NCBI GenBank assembly: GCA_041658955.1 | Contig: JBAZZE010000002.1 | Location: 12,505 to 76,504, forward strand | Length of the DNA: 64,000 bases | Source: Candidatus Shapirobacteria bacterium | GTDB taxonomy: Bacteria > Patescibacteriota > Microgenomatia > UBA12405 | Reading direction: 5' to 3' | Shown: one piece after another, positions 29,010-37,339 of the stretch | Numbering within the stretch: position 1 is the first letter of the stretch | Layout of the letters: each line of letters opens with the position of its first letter | Notes under the pieces: model-generated | The model's input: the letters and a program-made list of their open reading frames with translations, nothing else | Told to the model about the DNA's origin: nothing | Databases searched by the model: none | Translations under genes and position numbers: made by a program

Positions 29010-29149
29010 GAATCTATTATATACGTTAGAACGGTGATTGGGGGTGAATAGGCAGAGGTTTGAAGATTGCGCGTCACTGTCCGGTGCTTTGATCGGACCA
29101 TGTCGCTCCTCGCTATGACGTGGTGGTGATTGTAAGTTAAAATAGTGAC
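29010..29149. promoter_or_regulatory. Divergent intergenic control region (wzm to the left, SDR/CofD-like/TMTC/rSAM operon to the right) containing a GC-rich ~80-nt element
   Basis: This is the largest non-coding gap in the window at 140 bp. It is GC-rich relative to its surroundings, with TAAAAT 15 nt before the ATG at 29150. It contains the repeat described separately. Confidence 0.35.
29051..29123. repeat. Repeat copy A: GC-rich element GGCAGAGGTTTGAAGATTGC...CCATGTCGCTCCTCGCTATGACGTGG (homologous to 45912..45961)
   Basis: Direct by-eye alignment to copy B gives 19/20 identity over the first block and ~24/26 over the last block. Copy A carries a 27-nt insert containing a GTCCG...CGGAC hairpin. 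Confidence 0.7.
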
Positions 29150-30049
29150 ATGAATAAGAAAGTGGTGGTGGTTACTGGAGCAACTGGGAATATCGGCAAG
29201 GTGATGGTAAAAAAACTAATCGATAAGGGTTATCTGGTTCGAGCATTACTTCGTAAAGAATCGGAAAAACGTTGGAAAAATGAAAAAAATATCGAGATAT
29301 TACGAGGCGATATTAATGATGTAAAAGTTCTTAAAAAATTATTTGAGGGTGCTTATGGAATTATTCACTTGGCGGTAGAAATGGACTCGGCTTTGCCATG
29401 GAAAACTTTTAAGGACGTTAATATAGATAGTGTAAAAACTATTCTAGAAATTGCGCCAAAAACTAGTCGCCTACTATTGGCTTCGAGCGTGGTGGTTTAT
29501 AAAGATACTGGTAAAGAAGCTCGGGACGAAACGTGGGATCTGAAAACTACTGGTGGAGTGGATAAATATATTCGATCAAAACTTTTGGCCCTGAAAATGA
29601 CTCGTAAATCGAAAAGAAAAGTAATTACGGTCATGCCTAGTACAGTCATTGACCATGAAATTTTTGGGAGAGAACAACTGGTGAGTAACAATCCTCTAAT
29701 AAAATGGTTGTGGAACAATGTGGGTGGTGGGATCCCGGGTGGCCTGATGGCGGCTGTGGGTGATCGGAGCCGGATAATGAATTTTGTGGAAGTAAAGGAT
29801 GTATCTGAAGGAATAATCCTCGCTTTAGAAAAAGGAAAAATGGGTGAAGAATACATTCTTTCCGGGGAAAGTCTTACCACTGGAGAATACCTTAAAGAAA
29901 TGTCTAAACGTTGTGGAAAAAGTTATCTAAAGATTCAAATACCCAAATTCTTTTTAAGATTATTTGGAATAGGACAAGTGGTGAATATGAATTTTTCGTA
30001 TAAAAAAGCCCAAAAAGAGTTAGGTTATACTCCTAAATGGAAACTATGA
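29150..30049 (+). CDS. NAD(P)-dependent epimerase/dehydratase family protein (extended SDR, NmrA-like)
   Basis: 299 aa with an N-terminal VVVTGATGNIGKVMVKKLIDKGYLVRALLR Rossmann motif. Confidence 0.65.
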   Translation: MNKKVVVVTGATGNIGKVMVKKLIDKGYLVRALLRKESEKRWKNEKNIEILRGDINDVKVLKKLFEGAYGIIHLAVEMDSALPWKTFKDVNIDSVKTILEIAPKTSRLLLASSVVVYKDTGKEARDETWDLKTTGGVDKYIRSKLLALKMTRKSKRKVITVMPSTVIDHEIFGREQLVSNNPLIKWLWNNVGGGIPGGLMAAVGDRSRIMNFVEVKDVSEGIILALEKGKMGEEYILSGESLTTGEYLKEMSKRCGKSYLKIQIPKFFLRLFGIGQVVNMNFSYKKAQKELGYTPKWKL

Positions 30050-31020
30050 CCCGAGGTAAGAAAATATGTACGATAGGTGGTGGTTCAGGAATGCCGATAG
30101 TAAATAATGCTTTATTAAATGCTGGGTATAACCAAATCTGCTCTATCGTAACTACATTTGATAGTGGTGGCGATACTGGAAGAATGCGGACAGATGAGAG
30201 AGGAAAGATATTGGCTTTTTCTGATTATTGGCGCTCACTAATCTCATTGTGGGATGATTCAAAACAAAAAGAAGTGTGGCAAGAGATGCTCAGATTTCGC
30301 GATGGTAGAGAAAGAAATTTTGGAAATATATTTTTTCAATTTTTAGCTGAACGATCGGGAGGACTAAATTCAGTTGATGAATTGTTTTGTTCGCTAACTG
30401 GAGCTAAAATTTGTGGTCAAGTAATCCCAGTATCAAACGAGCCGGCGCATGTTTGTTTTGAAACACAATCGGGTAAACAATATGAAGGCGAACATTTTTT
30501 GGATCAACTGCGGATGTCGAGAGATCGGGTAAAAAATATATGGCTAAGTCCAGAGGTGGAAGCAAGTAAAGACGCTTGTAGAGCGATAGAAGAATCAGAA
30601 GCGATTATATTTTGTCCGGGGAGTATGTATGGTTCGTTACTGGTCAATTTGCTTATGCCGGGAATTAGAAAAAGCATTATTGCCTCGAGAGGTAAAAAAA
30701 TATTGATGACCAATATTATGTCGACAGCAAATGAGAATCATGGATTTGACACAACTAAGTACCAAGAACTTTTTGAAAAGTATTTGGGAAAGAAAAATAT
30801 TATTGATGTGATTCTGATGGCGGATATAAATGCTTTAAAAAAGGTTGATCTTAAGAAGGTGCTGGAATACTACGCAATGGAAAGCTCTTTTCCGATCACT
30901 AAAGGTAGTGGTACAGTCAGAGTGGTAGAAGATGATATTGCGACTATCGAGAAAAAGAATATGCGTCTACGACATAGCGAGATCAAACTGTCCACAAGTT
31001 TAAAAAATCTAATAGAATAA
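30037..31020 (+). CDS. CofD/YvcK-like family protein (2-phospho-L-lactate transferase / UPF0052 superfamily)
   Basis: 327 aa. N-terminal KICTIGGGSGMP and SIVTTFDSGGDTGRMR match the CofD/YvcK consensus (GGG.G...V..dDGGS.G.lR). There is a 13-nt overlap (translational coupling) with the SDR gene. Confidence 0.55.
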   Translation: METMTRGKKICTIGGGSGMPIVNNALLNAGYNQICSIVTTFDSGGDTGRMRTDERGKILAFSDYWRSLISLWDDSKQKEVWQEMLRFRDGRERNFGNIFFQFLAERSGGLNSVDELFCSLTGAKICGQVIPVSNEPAHVCFETQSGKQYEGEHFLDQLRMSRDRVKNIWLSPEVEASKDACRAIEESEAIIFCPGSMYGSLLVNLLMPGIRKSIIASRGKKILMTNIMSTANENHGFDTTKYQELFEKYLGKKNIIDVILMADINALKKVDLKKVLEYYAMESSFPITKGSGTVRVVEDDIATIEKKNMRLRHSEIKLSTSLKNLIE

Positions 31021-31028
31021 TAGAATAT

Positions 31029-32747
31029 ATGTCTCAGAAAAGACTCAAAAAGATTCGAAAAATCCAACAAGAAGTAGAAAGTGTAAAGGTCGTGTCAATA
31101 CCTGAAGGTGAAAAGCTGAACATTATTAGAACTATAAAAGATAATTGGATATTTTTGGTGTTGATAACGGTGGCGATTATAGCGGTATTTGCCAATGGAA
31201 TGAATGCAGCTTTTGTGTCGGATGACTATGCGACGATTCTAAATAACCCTGATATAACAAAGTGGTCATATGCTTTTCAGGGTGGGGCGTCGACTTATTT
31301 TATAAATAGTATGGTCGCCAAGATGTTTGGGGTAGTGCCACTCCCCTTTCATTTGAATAGTTTGTTTTTGTACCTGATTACCTGTTATCTGGCTTTTGTG
31401 TTTGTACATCATTTATTTGGGCGAGGAGTGGCTTCAATTACTCTGTTTTTATTTGCAGTTCATCCAATCCATGTGGAAGCGGTGACCTGGATATCGGGTA
31501 AGCCATATCTACTGATTGCGATGTACGTATTGCTGTCGATGATTTGGTTTATAAAATTTATTGAAACTGAAAATATTTGGTATTTAGTCGGGACATTTCT
31601 ATCGTTTGTAATGGGGTTTTTGACCGACAATCCCCGTCCATTTTCTTTGTTCTTAATAATGCCTTTATACATGTGGCTCAAAGGAGTCGACATCCGAAAA
31701 AATAAATGGTGGAAGTATTGGCCACTGACACTGATTCCGATAGCCATAATCACGGTGATTGTGTGGCCACATATTATGATGCGGGTTGGGGTAGTTAATT
31801 CAGGTGTAAATACCTCAGATAGTTTGTTTTATAACCCATTTTTTCAATACCCCACCGGAATGGCCAAGTATTTACAATTGTTGTGGGCTCCAATTGATCT
31901 TACCTTGTACCACACGATGTATGTTTTCCCGGTATGGCTAAACTGGGCAATCCTACTGATGTACTTAACTTTGATTGGTTACTTTTCCTGGAAAGATAAG
32001 AGATATGCATTTGCTTTAATCTTTATTTTTGCGGCAATACTTCCTTCGATGATGCCAGTAAAGGTTAGCTGGTTGGTAGCAGAACGATATGCTTATCTTG
32101 GTTCACTAGGATTTTGTCTGTTTTTGGGATTAATTCTTCATGAAATGTCAACCAAAATTAAATGGGTGGCTGGCGGGCTAATGGTGGTGATACTAGTCTT
32201 ATCAAGTGTTAGATTAATGTTGCGAAATATTGACTGGACTACAAATCATAAGTTGTGGGTAAATACTTGCCAAGTTTCACCAAATTCTCATAATGCTTGG
32301 AACAATATCGGCGATGATTACGATAAACTGAAACAATACGATAATGCGGTAAAAGGTTTTTCTCAATCAACAGTAATCAAACCGAATTATGCCGATGCTT
32401 TTCATAATCGGGCCAATATCTTTTTTAAGATGGGTAGAAATGATCTGGCGCGACAAAGTTATAACACTGCTCTGTACTACAACCCAGGGTTATACCAGAC
32501 TTACCTAAGCCTGATTAATATTGATTTAATCGAAAGAGATTTGGATAGTGCCCTTAATCATGCTAAGACAGCCCTGCAAGTAAATCCAAACGATCCAACA
32601 ACTCACTACATTTTGGCAGTAGTCTTGTCGCAGAGAAATGAAAATCAACAAGCGATTGATGTACTCGAGAGATTGGTTAAAGCTTATCCCGGTTATCGAC
32701 AAGCACAAGAGGCTTTAGTTCAGCTAAAAGGAATGATTAAAAAATAA
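31029..32747 (+). CDS. TMTC-like protein: N-terminal GT-C membrane domain (DUF1736/PMT-related) fused to C-terminal TPR repeats
   Basis: 572 aa. FVSDDY and AVHPIHVEAVTWISG match the TMTC/DUF1736 hallmarks (F.DD and HP.H.E.V.WIS). There are about 10 TM helices. The C-terminus (aa ~440-570) has at least 4 TPR-like repeats (AWNNIGDDY..., ADAFHNRANIFFKMGRNDLA..., TTHYILAVVL...). Confidence 0.65.
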   Translation: MSQKRLKKIRKIQQEVESVKVVSIPEGEKLNIIRTIKDNWIFLVLITVAIIAVFANGMNAAFVSDDYATILNNPDITKWSYAFQGGASTYFINSMVAKMFGVVPLPFHLNSLFLYLITCYLAFVFVHHLFGRGVASITLFLFAVHPIHVEAVTWISGKPYLLIAMYVLLSMIWFIKFIETENIWYLVGTFLSFVMGFLTDNPRPFSLFLIMPLYMWLKGVDIRKNKWWKYWPLTLIPIAIITVIVWPHIMMRVGVVNSGVNTSDSLFYNPFFQYPTGMAKYLQLLWAPIDLTLYHTMYVFPVWLNWAILLMYLTLIGYFSWKDKRYAFALIFIFAAILPSMMPVKVSWLVAERYAYLGSLGFCLFLGLILHEMSTKIKWVAGGLMVVILVLSSVRLMLRNIDWTTNHKLWVNTCQVSPNSHNAWNNIGDDYDKLKQYDNAVKGFSQSTVIKPNYADAFHNRANIFFKMGRNDLARQSYNTALYYNPGLYQTYLSLINIDLIERDLDSALNHAKTALQVNPNDPTTHYILAVVLSQRNENQQAIDVLERLVKAYPGYRQAQEALVQLKGMIKK

Positions 32748-34141
32748 TGAAAAGAATATTAGTCCTAAACCCACCTTCAAGTGATAAGACAATCAACCGT
32801 GATATGGCCGGAGGCCTCGGGTATAGCGCTGGAGCGGGAGTAGTTCTGCCGCCTATTGACCTACTGAATGTGGTGACTACCCTGAAGAAGAAAAACAAAG
32901 TCTATTTTGTGGATGCTATCGCTGAGAAGATTGATGAACTGTCGTATTTTGTGGATCTGATAAAAAGCAAAAAAATTGACATCGTTATTTCGGGATTGGC
33001 GCTACCAACTGTATCTGAGGATACTGAATTTGCTAAAAAATTAATGGATAATGTACCTGGATTACGGGTAATATTTAAGACTGGGATTAATTATAAACAA
33101 ATCCTCGAACGGGTACTCAAAGATTCGGGAGCAGAACTAATAATTTTTGGAGAGTGTGACCTAACTATAGAAGAATTTTTAAGCGGTAAGAGAAGAACCG
33201 GATGTGTTTACTGGAAAAACAATAAGGTCGAGTTGGCACCAATGACAATTGAGGATCGGATAAAAAACTTAGACGAACTTCCCCTGTCGGCTCGTGAGGA
33301 AACAAAAATTGATCGATATCGCTATGTACTGCTTCCGGGTGTGGTGACAACCATGCAAACAAGTCGGGGTTGTCCATATCCATGTGGATTTTATTGTCCC
33401 TATCCCCTAGTTCAGGGTAAGACTTGGCGAGCCATGAGTAATGAACGTGTCATTAAAGAATTGAAGGTTATCAGTAAGCTAGGAATCAAAAGTGTACTGT
33501 TTCGAGATGCTACGTTTACGCTGGATAACAAAAGAACTGAAGAGCTATGTAACCTGATAATTAAAAATAAGTTAAAGATTCGCTGGTGGTGTGAGACTCG
33601 GATAAATGTACTAACTCCGGATTTGTTGAAGATTATGAAAAAGGCGGGGTGCCTCGGTATTAACGTGGGCATTGAAACATTGGACCAGGAACTGATTATT
33701 TATCAGGGAAAGCCAGGAGTAACACTAGAGTCGATACAAAAAATAAGAGCGGTAGCTAAGGAAGTGGGAGTTAGACTGCATTTTCTAATGATCATCGGAC
33801 TGCCAGACGATAATTTGAAAACAATGTCCAATACCTTTGACTATCTAGTTCGACTTAATCCTGAGTCAGTTGGGTTTAGTACGATAACTCCGTACCCTGG
33901 GACAGAAATGTTTGCTGATGCGATGAAAGAAGGACTAATCCAAGACTTTGATTGGAATAAGTTCAATGGAAATATTAGCAATATGAGAACGAAGTATTTG
34001 TCATCTTTTGACATGATAATTCTTCGCAAGATGCTACTAGGAACAGCTTTCATTATGAAGCAACCTCCAATAATTTCGGTTCCGGCAGTAATAGTGATAA
34101 AAATAATTCTCAAGATATGGAAAACAGCCAGAAGAGAATAA
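32747..34141 (+). CDS. Cobalamin-binding radical SAM protein (B12-binding domain plus radical SAM core), paralog 1, with a noncanonical CX3CX3C motif
   Basis: 464 aa. The N-terminal Rossmann-like B12-binding region (ILVLNPPS...VDAIAEKI...DIVISG) is followed by a TIM-barrel radical SAM core. The Cys cluster is SRGCPYPCGFYCPY at 33371..33397, verified in the nucleotide sequence. Confidence 0.75.
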   Translation: MKRILVLNPPSSDKTINRDMAGGLGYSAGAGVVLPPIDLLNVVTTLKKKNKVYFVDAIAEKIDELSYFVDLIKSKKIDIVISGLALPTVSEDTEFAKKLMDNVPGLRVIFKTGINYKQILERVLKDSGAELIIFGECDLTIEEFLSGKRRTGCVYWKNNKVELAPMTIEDRIKNLDELPLSAREETKIDRYRYVLLPGVVTTMQTSRGCPYPCGFYCPYPLVQGKTWRAMSNERVIKELKVISKLGIKSVLFRDATFTLDNKRTEELCNLIIKNKLKIRWWCETRINVLTPDLLKIMKKAGCLGINVGIETLDQELIIYQGKPGVTLESIQKIRAVAKEVGVRLHFLMIIGLPDDNLKTMSNTFDYLVRLNPESVGFSTITPYPGTEMFADAMKEGLIQDFDWNKFNGNISNMRTKYLSSFDMIILRKMLLGTAFIMKQPPIISVPAVIVIKIILKIWKTARRE

Positions 34142-34998
34142 GGTTTAGTATCATAATTCCGACTCTAAAAAGGCAAGAGATCTTAAAAGAGGCATTGGCA
34201 CTACTAAATAAGGAAATCGATAAAACCCGTGACGAAATCATAATTGTGGAAGGAAAAAATGGCCCATCAAAAGCCAGAAACGAGGCCATAAAAAAAGCTA
34301 AGGGGAAGTACCTACTGTTTTTAAATGATGATAGTTTTGTGGAGAAGGGGTTTATAAAATCACATATTGATTTTCATAATTTGCATAAGTCTGAATCGGC
34401 TGGAGTAGTGGGGCTGACCGAAAATCATCCGGAAACTGTAAAGATTCGGGCAATGAAATGGTTGGTGGGTCAAAGTGGGCTACACTTTAATTATCGATTT
34501 AAATATACTGATAAAATCCGTCAAATCCCCTGGTATTATTTGTGGACCTGTAATTTTTCGATGAAGAGAAGTTTTCTTATTAAAAATGAATTGTGGTTTT
34601 GTGAAGATTTTCCAACTGCGGCTTGGGAAGATATTGAGTTTGCTTTTCGGGCTAAACAAAGTGGATTAAAATTGTATTTTGATAGTCAAGCCAAGGTCTG
34701 GCATTTTCATCAACTAAAGTTTATTGATATAAAAAATCGATTCATAAGTCATGGTCGTGGTTTGTATTATTTGAAGTCAAAACTTCCAGTAAACTTTTTA
34801 CCATTTTTAGTAAAAAACAATATCGGAGGAATAATTATGTCAGTAATGGAATGGCGGATTATGAATCGAATTAGAAACATATTGGAATGGATTGTAAAAA
34901 CCACCGATAATTATCCAAATGTAATCATGCAATGGTTAGTAGTTAAATGGAAATCAGATGGCTATACCTTTGAATCTAAAAAAATGTCCGGTCTGTGA
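34117..34998 (+). CDS. GT2 family glycosyltransferase
   Basis: 293 aa. FSIIIPTLKRQEIL...GPSKARNEAI...LFLNDDSF. Confidence 0.75.
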   Translation: MENSQKRIRFSIIIPTLKRQEILKEALALLNKEIDKTRDEIIIVEGKNGPSKARNEAIKKAKGKYLLFLNDDSFVEKGFIKSHIDFHNLHKSESAGVVGLTENHPETVKIRAMKWLVGQSGLHFNYRFKYTDKIRQIPWYYLWTCNFSMKRSFLIKNELWFCEDFPTAAWEDIEFAFRAKQSGLKLYFDSQAKVWHFHQLKFIDIKNRFISHGRGLYYLKSKLPVNFLPFLVKNNIGGIIMSVMEWRIMNRIRNILEWIVKTTDNYPNVIMQWLVVKWKSDGYTFESKKMSGL

Positions 34999-35812
34999 GT
35001 CAGCAAATAATCTGGAATGGAGTGTAAATACTAATTATCTAGAGTGTTCGAAGTGCAAGTGTGTCTGGTTGGAAAAGAAGTCCAAAAGTACCTATGATAA
35101 GGATTATTATGATCGGGGAAGTAAGGGCTGGTTGATGAAAGTAGTCGACATCTTTTCTTTTTGGGACAGGTACCATACTTTGAATTTGTCCAAAAGTGAC
35201 AGAATTTTGGAGATAGGCTTTGGTGAGGGTAAATTCTTAAAAGAGCTAATGTCTAAGAAATATAATGTTGCCGGGGTAGAACAATCAGAATATGCCAGAG
35301 ATAAAATGAAAAAGATTCTTGGCTCTGAAAATGTTTTTGATGATATTGAAAAGGTTTCGGGAAAATTCGCGGTGGTAGTGATGTACCATGTGTTGGAACA
35401 TATTCAGGAACCAAAAGAATATCTTAAAAAGATAATGAGGATATTAATTCCGGGAGGGAGATTGATTGTGAGAGTCCCAAACGTAGATTCATTGGAGGCC
35501 AGACTGGCTGGGCCTAATTGGTATCACTTAGATTATCCGAATCATCAGATATTGTTTAGTGAAGCCGGACTTATCAAAATGTTTGAGGATGTGGGTTTTA
35601 AAGATATCAAGAGTCGTAACTATTTTGGAGAATACCGGCAAGTTTTGGGTTACTCGATACTGTCCAAGCTGGGACTTAGACTCAACAAATGGCAGTTGAT
35701 TATTTTTCAAATAATGACTATCCCAATACTTTGGATCTTTTCGGTCCTAGTGGTTCAACATGGAGTAATTGAGGTTGAGGGAAAAGTTGGTAATTCCAGT
35801 AATAATACATAA
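34958..35812 (+). CDS. Class I SAM methyltransferase (type 11/12) with an N-terminal CxxC...CxxC zinc-ribbon and a C-terminal TM helix
   Basis: 284 aa. CPVCES...CSKCKC is a Zn ribbon, ILEIGFGEGKFL is motif I, and the hydrophobic tail is LIIFQIMTIPILWIFSVLVV. Confidence 0.65.
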   Translation: MAIPLNLKKCPVCESANNLEWSVNTNYLECSKCKCVWLEKKSKSTYDKDYYDRGSKGWLMKVVDIFSFWDRYHTLNLSKSDRILEIGFGEGKFLKELMSKKYNVAGVEQSEYARDKMKKILGSENVFDDIEKVSGKFAVVVMYHVLEHIQEPKEYLKKIMRILIPGGRLIVRVPNVDSLEARLAGPNWYHLDYPNHQILFSEAGLIKMFEDVGFKDIKSRNYFGEYRQVLGYSILSKLGLRLNKWQLIIFQIMTIPILWIFSVLVVQHGVIEVEGKVGNSSNNT

Positions 35813-37286
35813 GCCAGTAGGTGTGACGAGCGATTTCGATAAGAGGTCCACCAATAAATTCACTAAAGATACGCGAATAGTTACCTGAACTGATGTGACT
35901 GTTGATGCGATTAAGACAATTTTTGAGATAATATTTTTTGGTGATAAGGGAAGGATTAAAACGGGTGGAATGCCACTTAGATTGGTAACGGATAATATAT
36001 TTGATGTCGATAGTGTCATTAATTTTGGCTTTACCGGTTTGGGCGCGGATTAATTCACTCCAGTTGTTGTGAGCTGAGGTGCGCTGAAATTCATCGCTAC
36101 GCATGAAAGCGTCACCAAGGTAGGTTCCGGGGAGTGGAGAAAGCACTGAGGCCCAGACGATGTCTGGTTTGGAGCGAGCGATGAGGTTGTCGGTCATCAT
36201 AACGTCTTCAATGGTTTCGGTGGGCATGCCAATCATTAAATTGGCATTAGCTAAAATTCCGTACTGGTGACAAAGGTTGATAGCATATTCGTTTTGTTTG
36301 GCATCGGTCCCCTTGTTGATGACTTTGAGCATCCGGTCGGAACCAGATTCGATACCGAAACAAATCATTTTGCAACCACATTTTTTGACCATCTCCATTA
36401 CTTCGGGATTGATGTAATTGACACGGGAGTAACACCACCAATCGAAGTGGAGTTTTTCCTTGACAATAAGGCTACTAAATTCTTCCATCCATTTGCGATT
36501 GGCAGTCAGAGTATCGTCCCAGAAAATAATACTTTTAACGTGATATTTGTTGATAAGTTGTTTGATTTCCTTAATGACATTGGGAGCGGAGCGGAAACGG
36601 AAAGGTCGTCCAAAAAGTTTGTCGATGGTAGGTTGACACATGGTACACATAGCCGGACAGCCACGACTAACGAAGAGGTTGGCGTATGGGTAAGACATGG
36701 GAAAAAATAGATCATAGGCATGTTCAATGTAATGACCACTTTGGAGAATTTCCCGATCTGGAAATGGTAGAACATCAAGGTTTTTAATGAATTCCTGGGG
36801 AGGATTCATGATGATCTCTCCTTTCTTGTTTTTATAAGCAATTCCTTTGACTTTTGATAATGGTATTTTTTTATCAAAAGCATTGATTAGCTCAACGGCA
36901 GTTTTTTCGCCTTCGCCGTAGACTGCGGCTTCAATGTCGGGAATGGCGGCGGCTTCACGAGGTAAAACTGAAGGGTGGGGTCCGCCGATGATTAAGTGAG
37001 CTTTGGGGAGAATTTTTTTGACATCTTGAACTAGATTTTCGATCAGGTCAGCTTCGGTGGTAAGTTGAGAAAAGCCAATGTATTTGGGATTTAGTTTACG
37101 TAAAATTTTGGCGAGAGCTGACAGATCAGGGAGAAGTCGAAGATCTATCTGTTTGGTAGGAATGTGGTGGGAATTGAGGTAGGCAGAAATATTGGCGATG
37201 CCAAGTGGAGAAACATAATGGTGGTAGCGATCTTTGTGAGGAGGTGTATATTGACCAACAAAGATGAGGACCACTTTTGTTTTCAT
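35718..37286 (-). CDS. Cobalamin-binding radical SAM protein, paralog 2
   Basis: 522 aa. An N-terminal B12-binding-like domain is followed by a canonical SRGCPAMCTMC (CX3CX2C) motif and a radical SAM core. Its 3' end overlaps the convergent methyltransferase gene by 95 nt. Confidence 0.75.
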   Translation of the reverse strand: MKTKVVLIFVGQYTPPHKDRYHHYVSPLGIANISAYLNSHHIPTKQIDLRLLPDLSALAKILRKLNPKYIGFSQLTTEADLIENLVQDVKKILPKAHLIIGGPHPSVLPREAAAIPDIEAAVYGEGEKTAVELINAFDKKIPLSKVKGIAYKNKKGEIIMNPPQEFIKNLDVLPFPDREILQSGHYIEHAYDLFFPMSYPYANLFVSRGCPAMCTMCQPTIDKLFGRPFRFRSAPNVIKEIKQLINKYHVKSIIFWDDTLTANRKWMEEFSSLIVKEKLHFDWWCYSRVNYINPEVMEMVKKCGCKMICFGIESGSDRMLKVINKGTDAKQNEYAINLCHQYGILANANLMIGMPTETIEDVMMTDNLIARSKPDIVWASVLSPLPGTYLGDAFMRSDEFQRTSAHNNWSELIRAQTGKAKINDTIDIKYIIRYQSKWHSTRFNPSLITKKYYLKNCLNRINSHISSGNYSRIFSEFIGGPLIEIARHTYWLMYYYWNYQLFPQPQLLHVEPLGPKRSKVLG

Positions 37287-37330
37287 TTTAACTATTATGA
37301 CAGCTGTAGGAGTTTGTGAAAAGATGGTAA

Positions 37331-37336
37331 TATAAT
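37331..37336 (+). promoter_or_regulatory. Candidate -10 hexamer (TATAAT) 3 nt upstream of the rSAM paralog 3 ATG (leaderless-type arrangement)
   Basis: TATAAT at 37331..37336 with the ATG at 37340, in a 53-bp divergent intergenic region between two rSAM genes. The 3-nt spacing is even closer than the 6-nt spacing at 16456..16464. This is weak evidence in AT-rich DNA. Confidence 0.15.
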
Positions 37337-37339
37337 TCT

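Noticed and set aside
29010-29149. Possible tRNA or small structured RNA in the GC-rich intergenic spacer
   Set aside because: There is no cloverleaf, no GTTC/T-loop box and no acceptor or anticodon arrangement. The region is explained as the repeat copy plus a promoter region, although an sRNA cannot be excluded.
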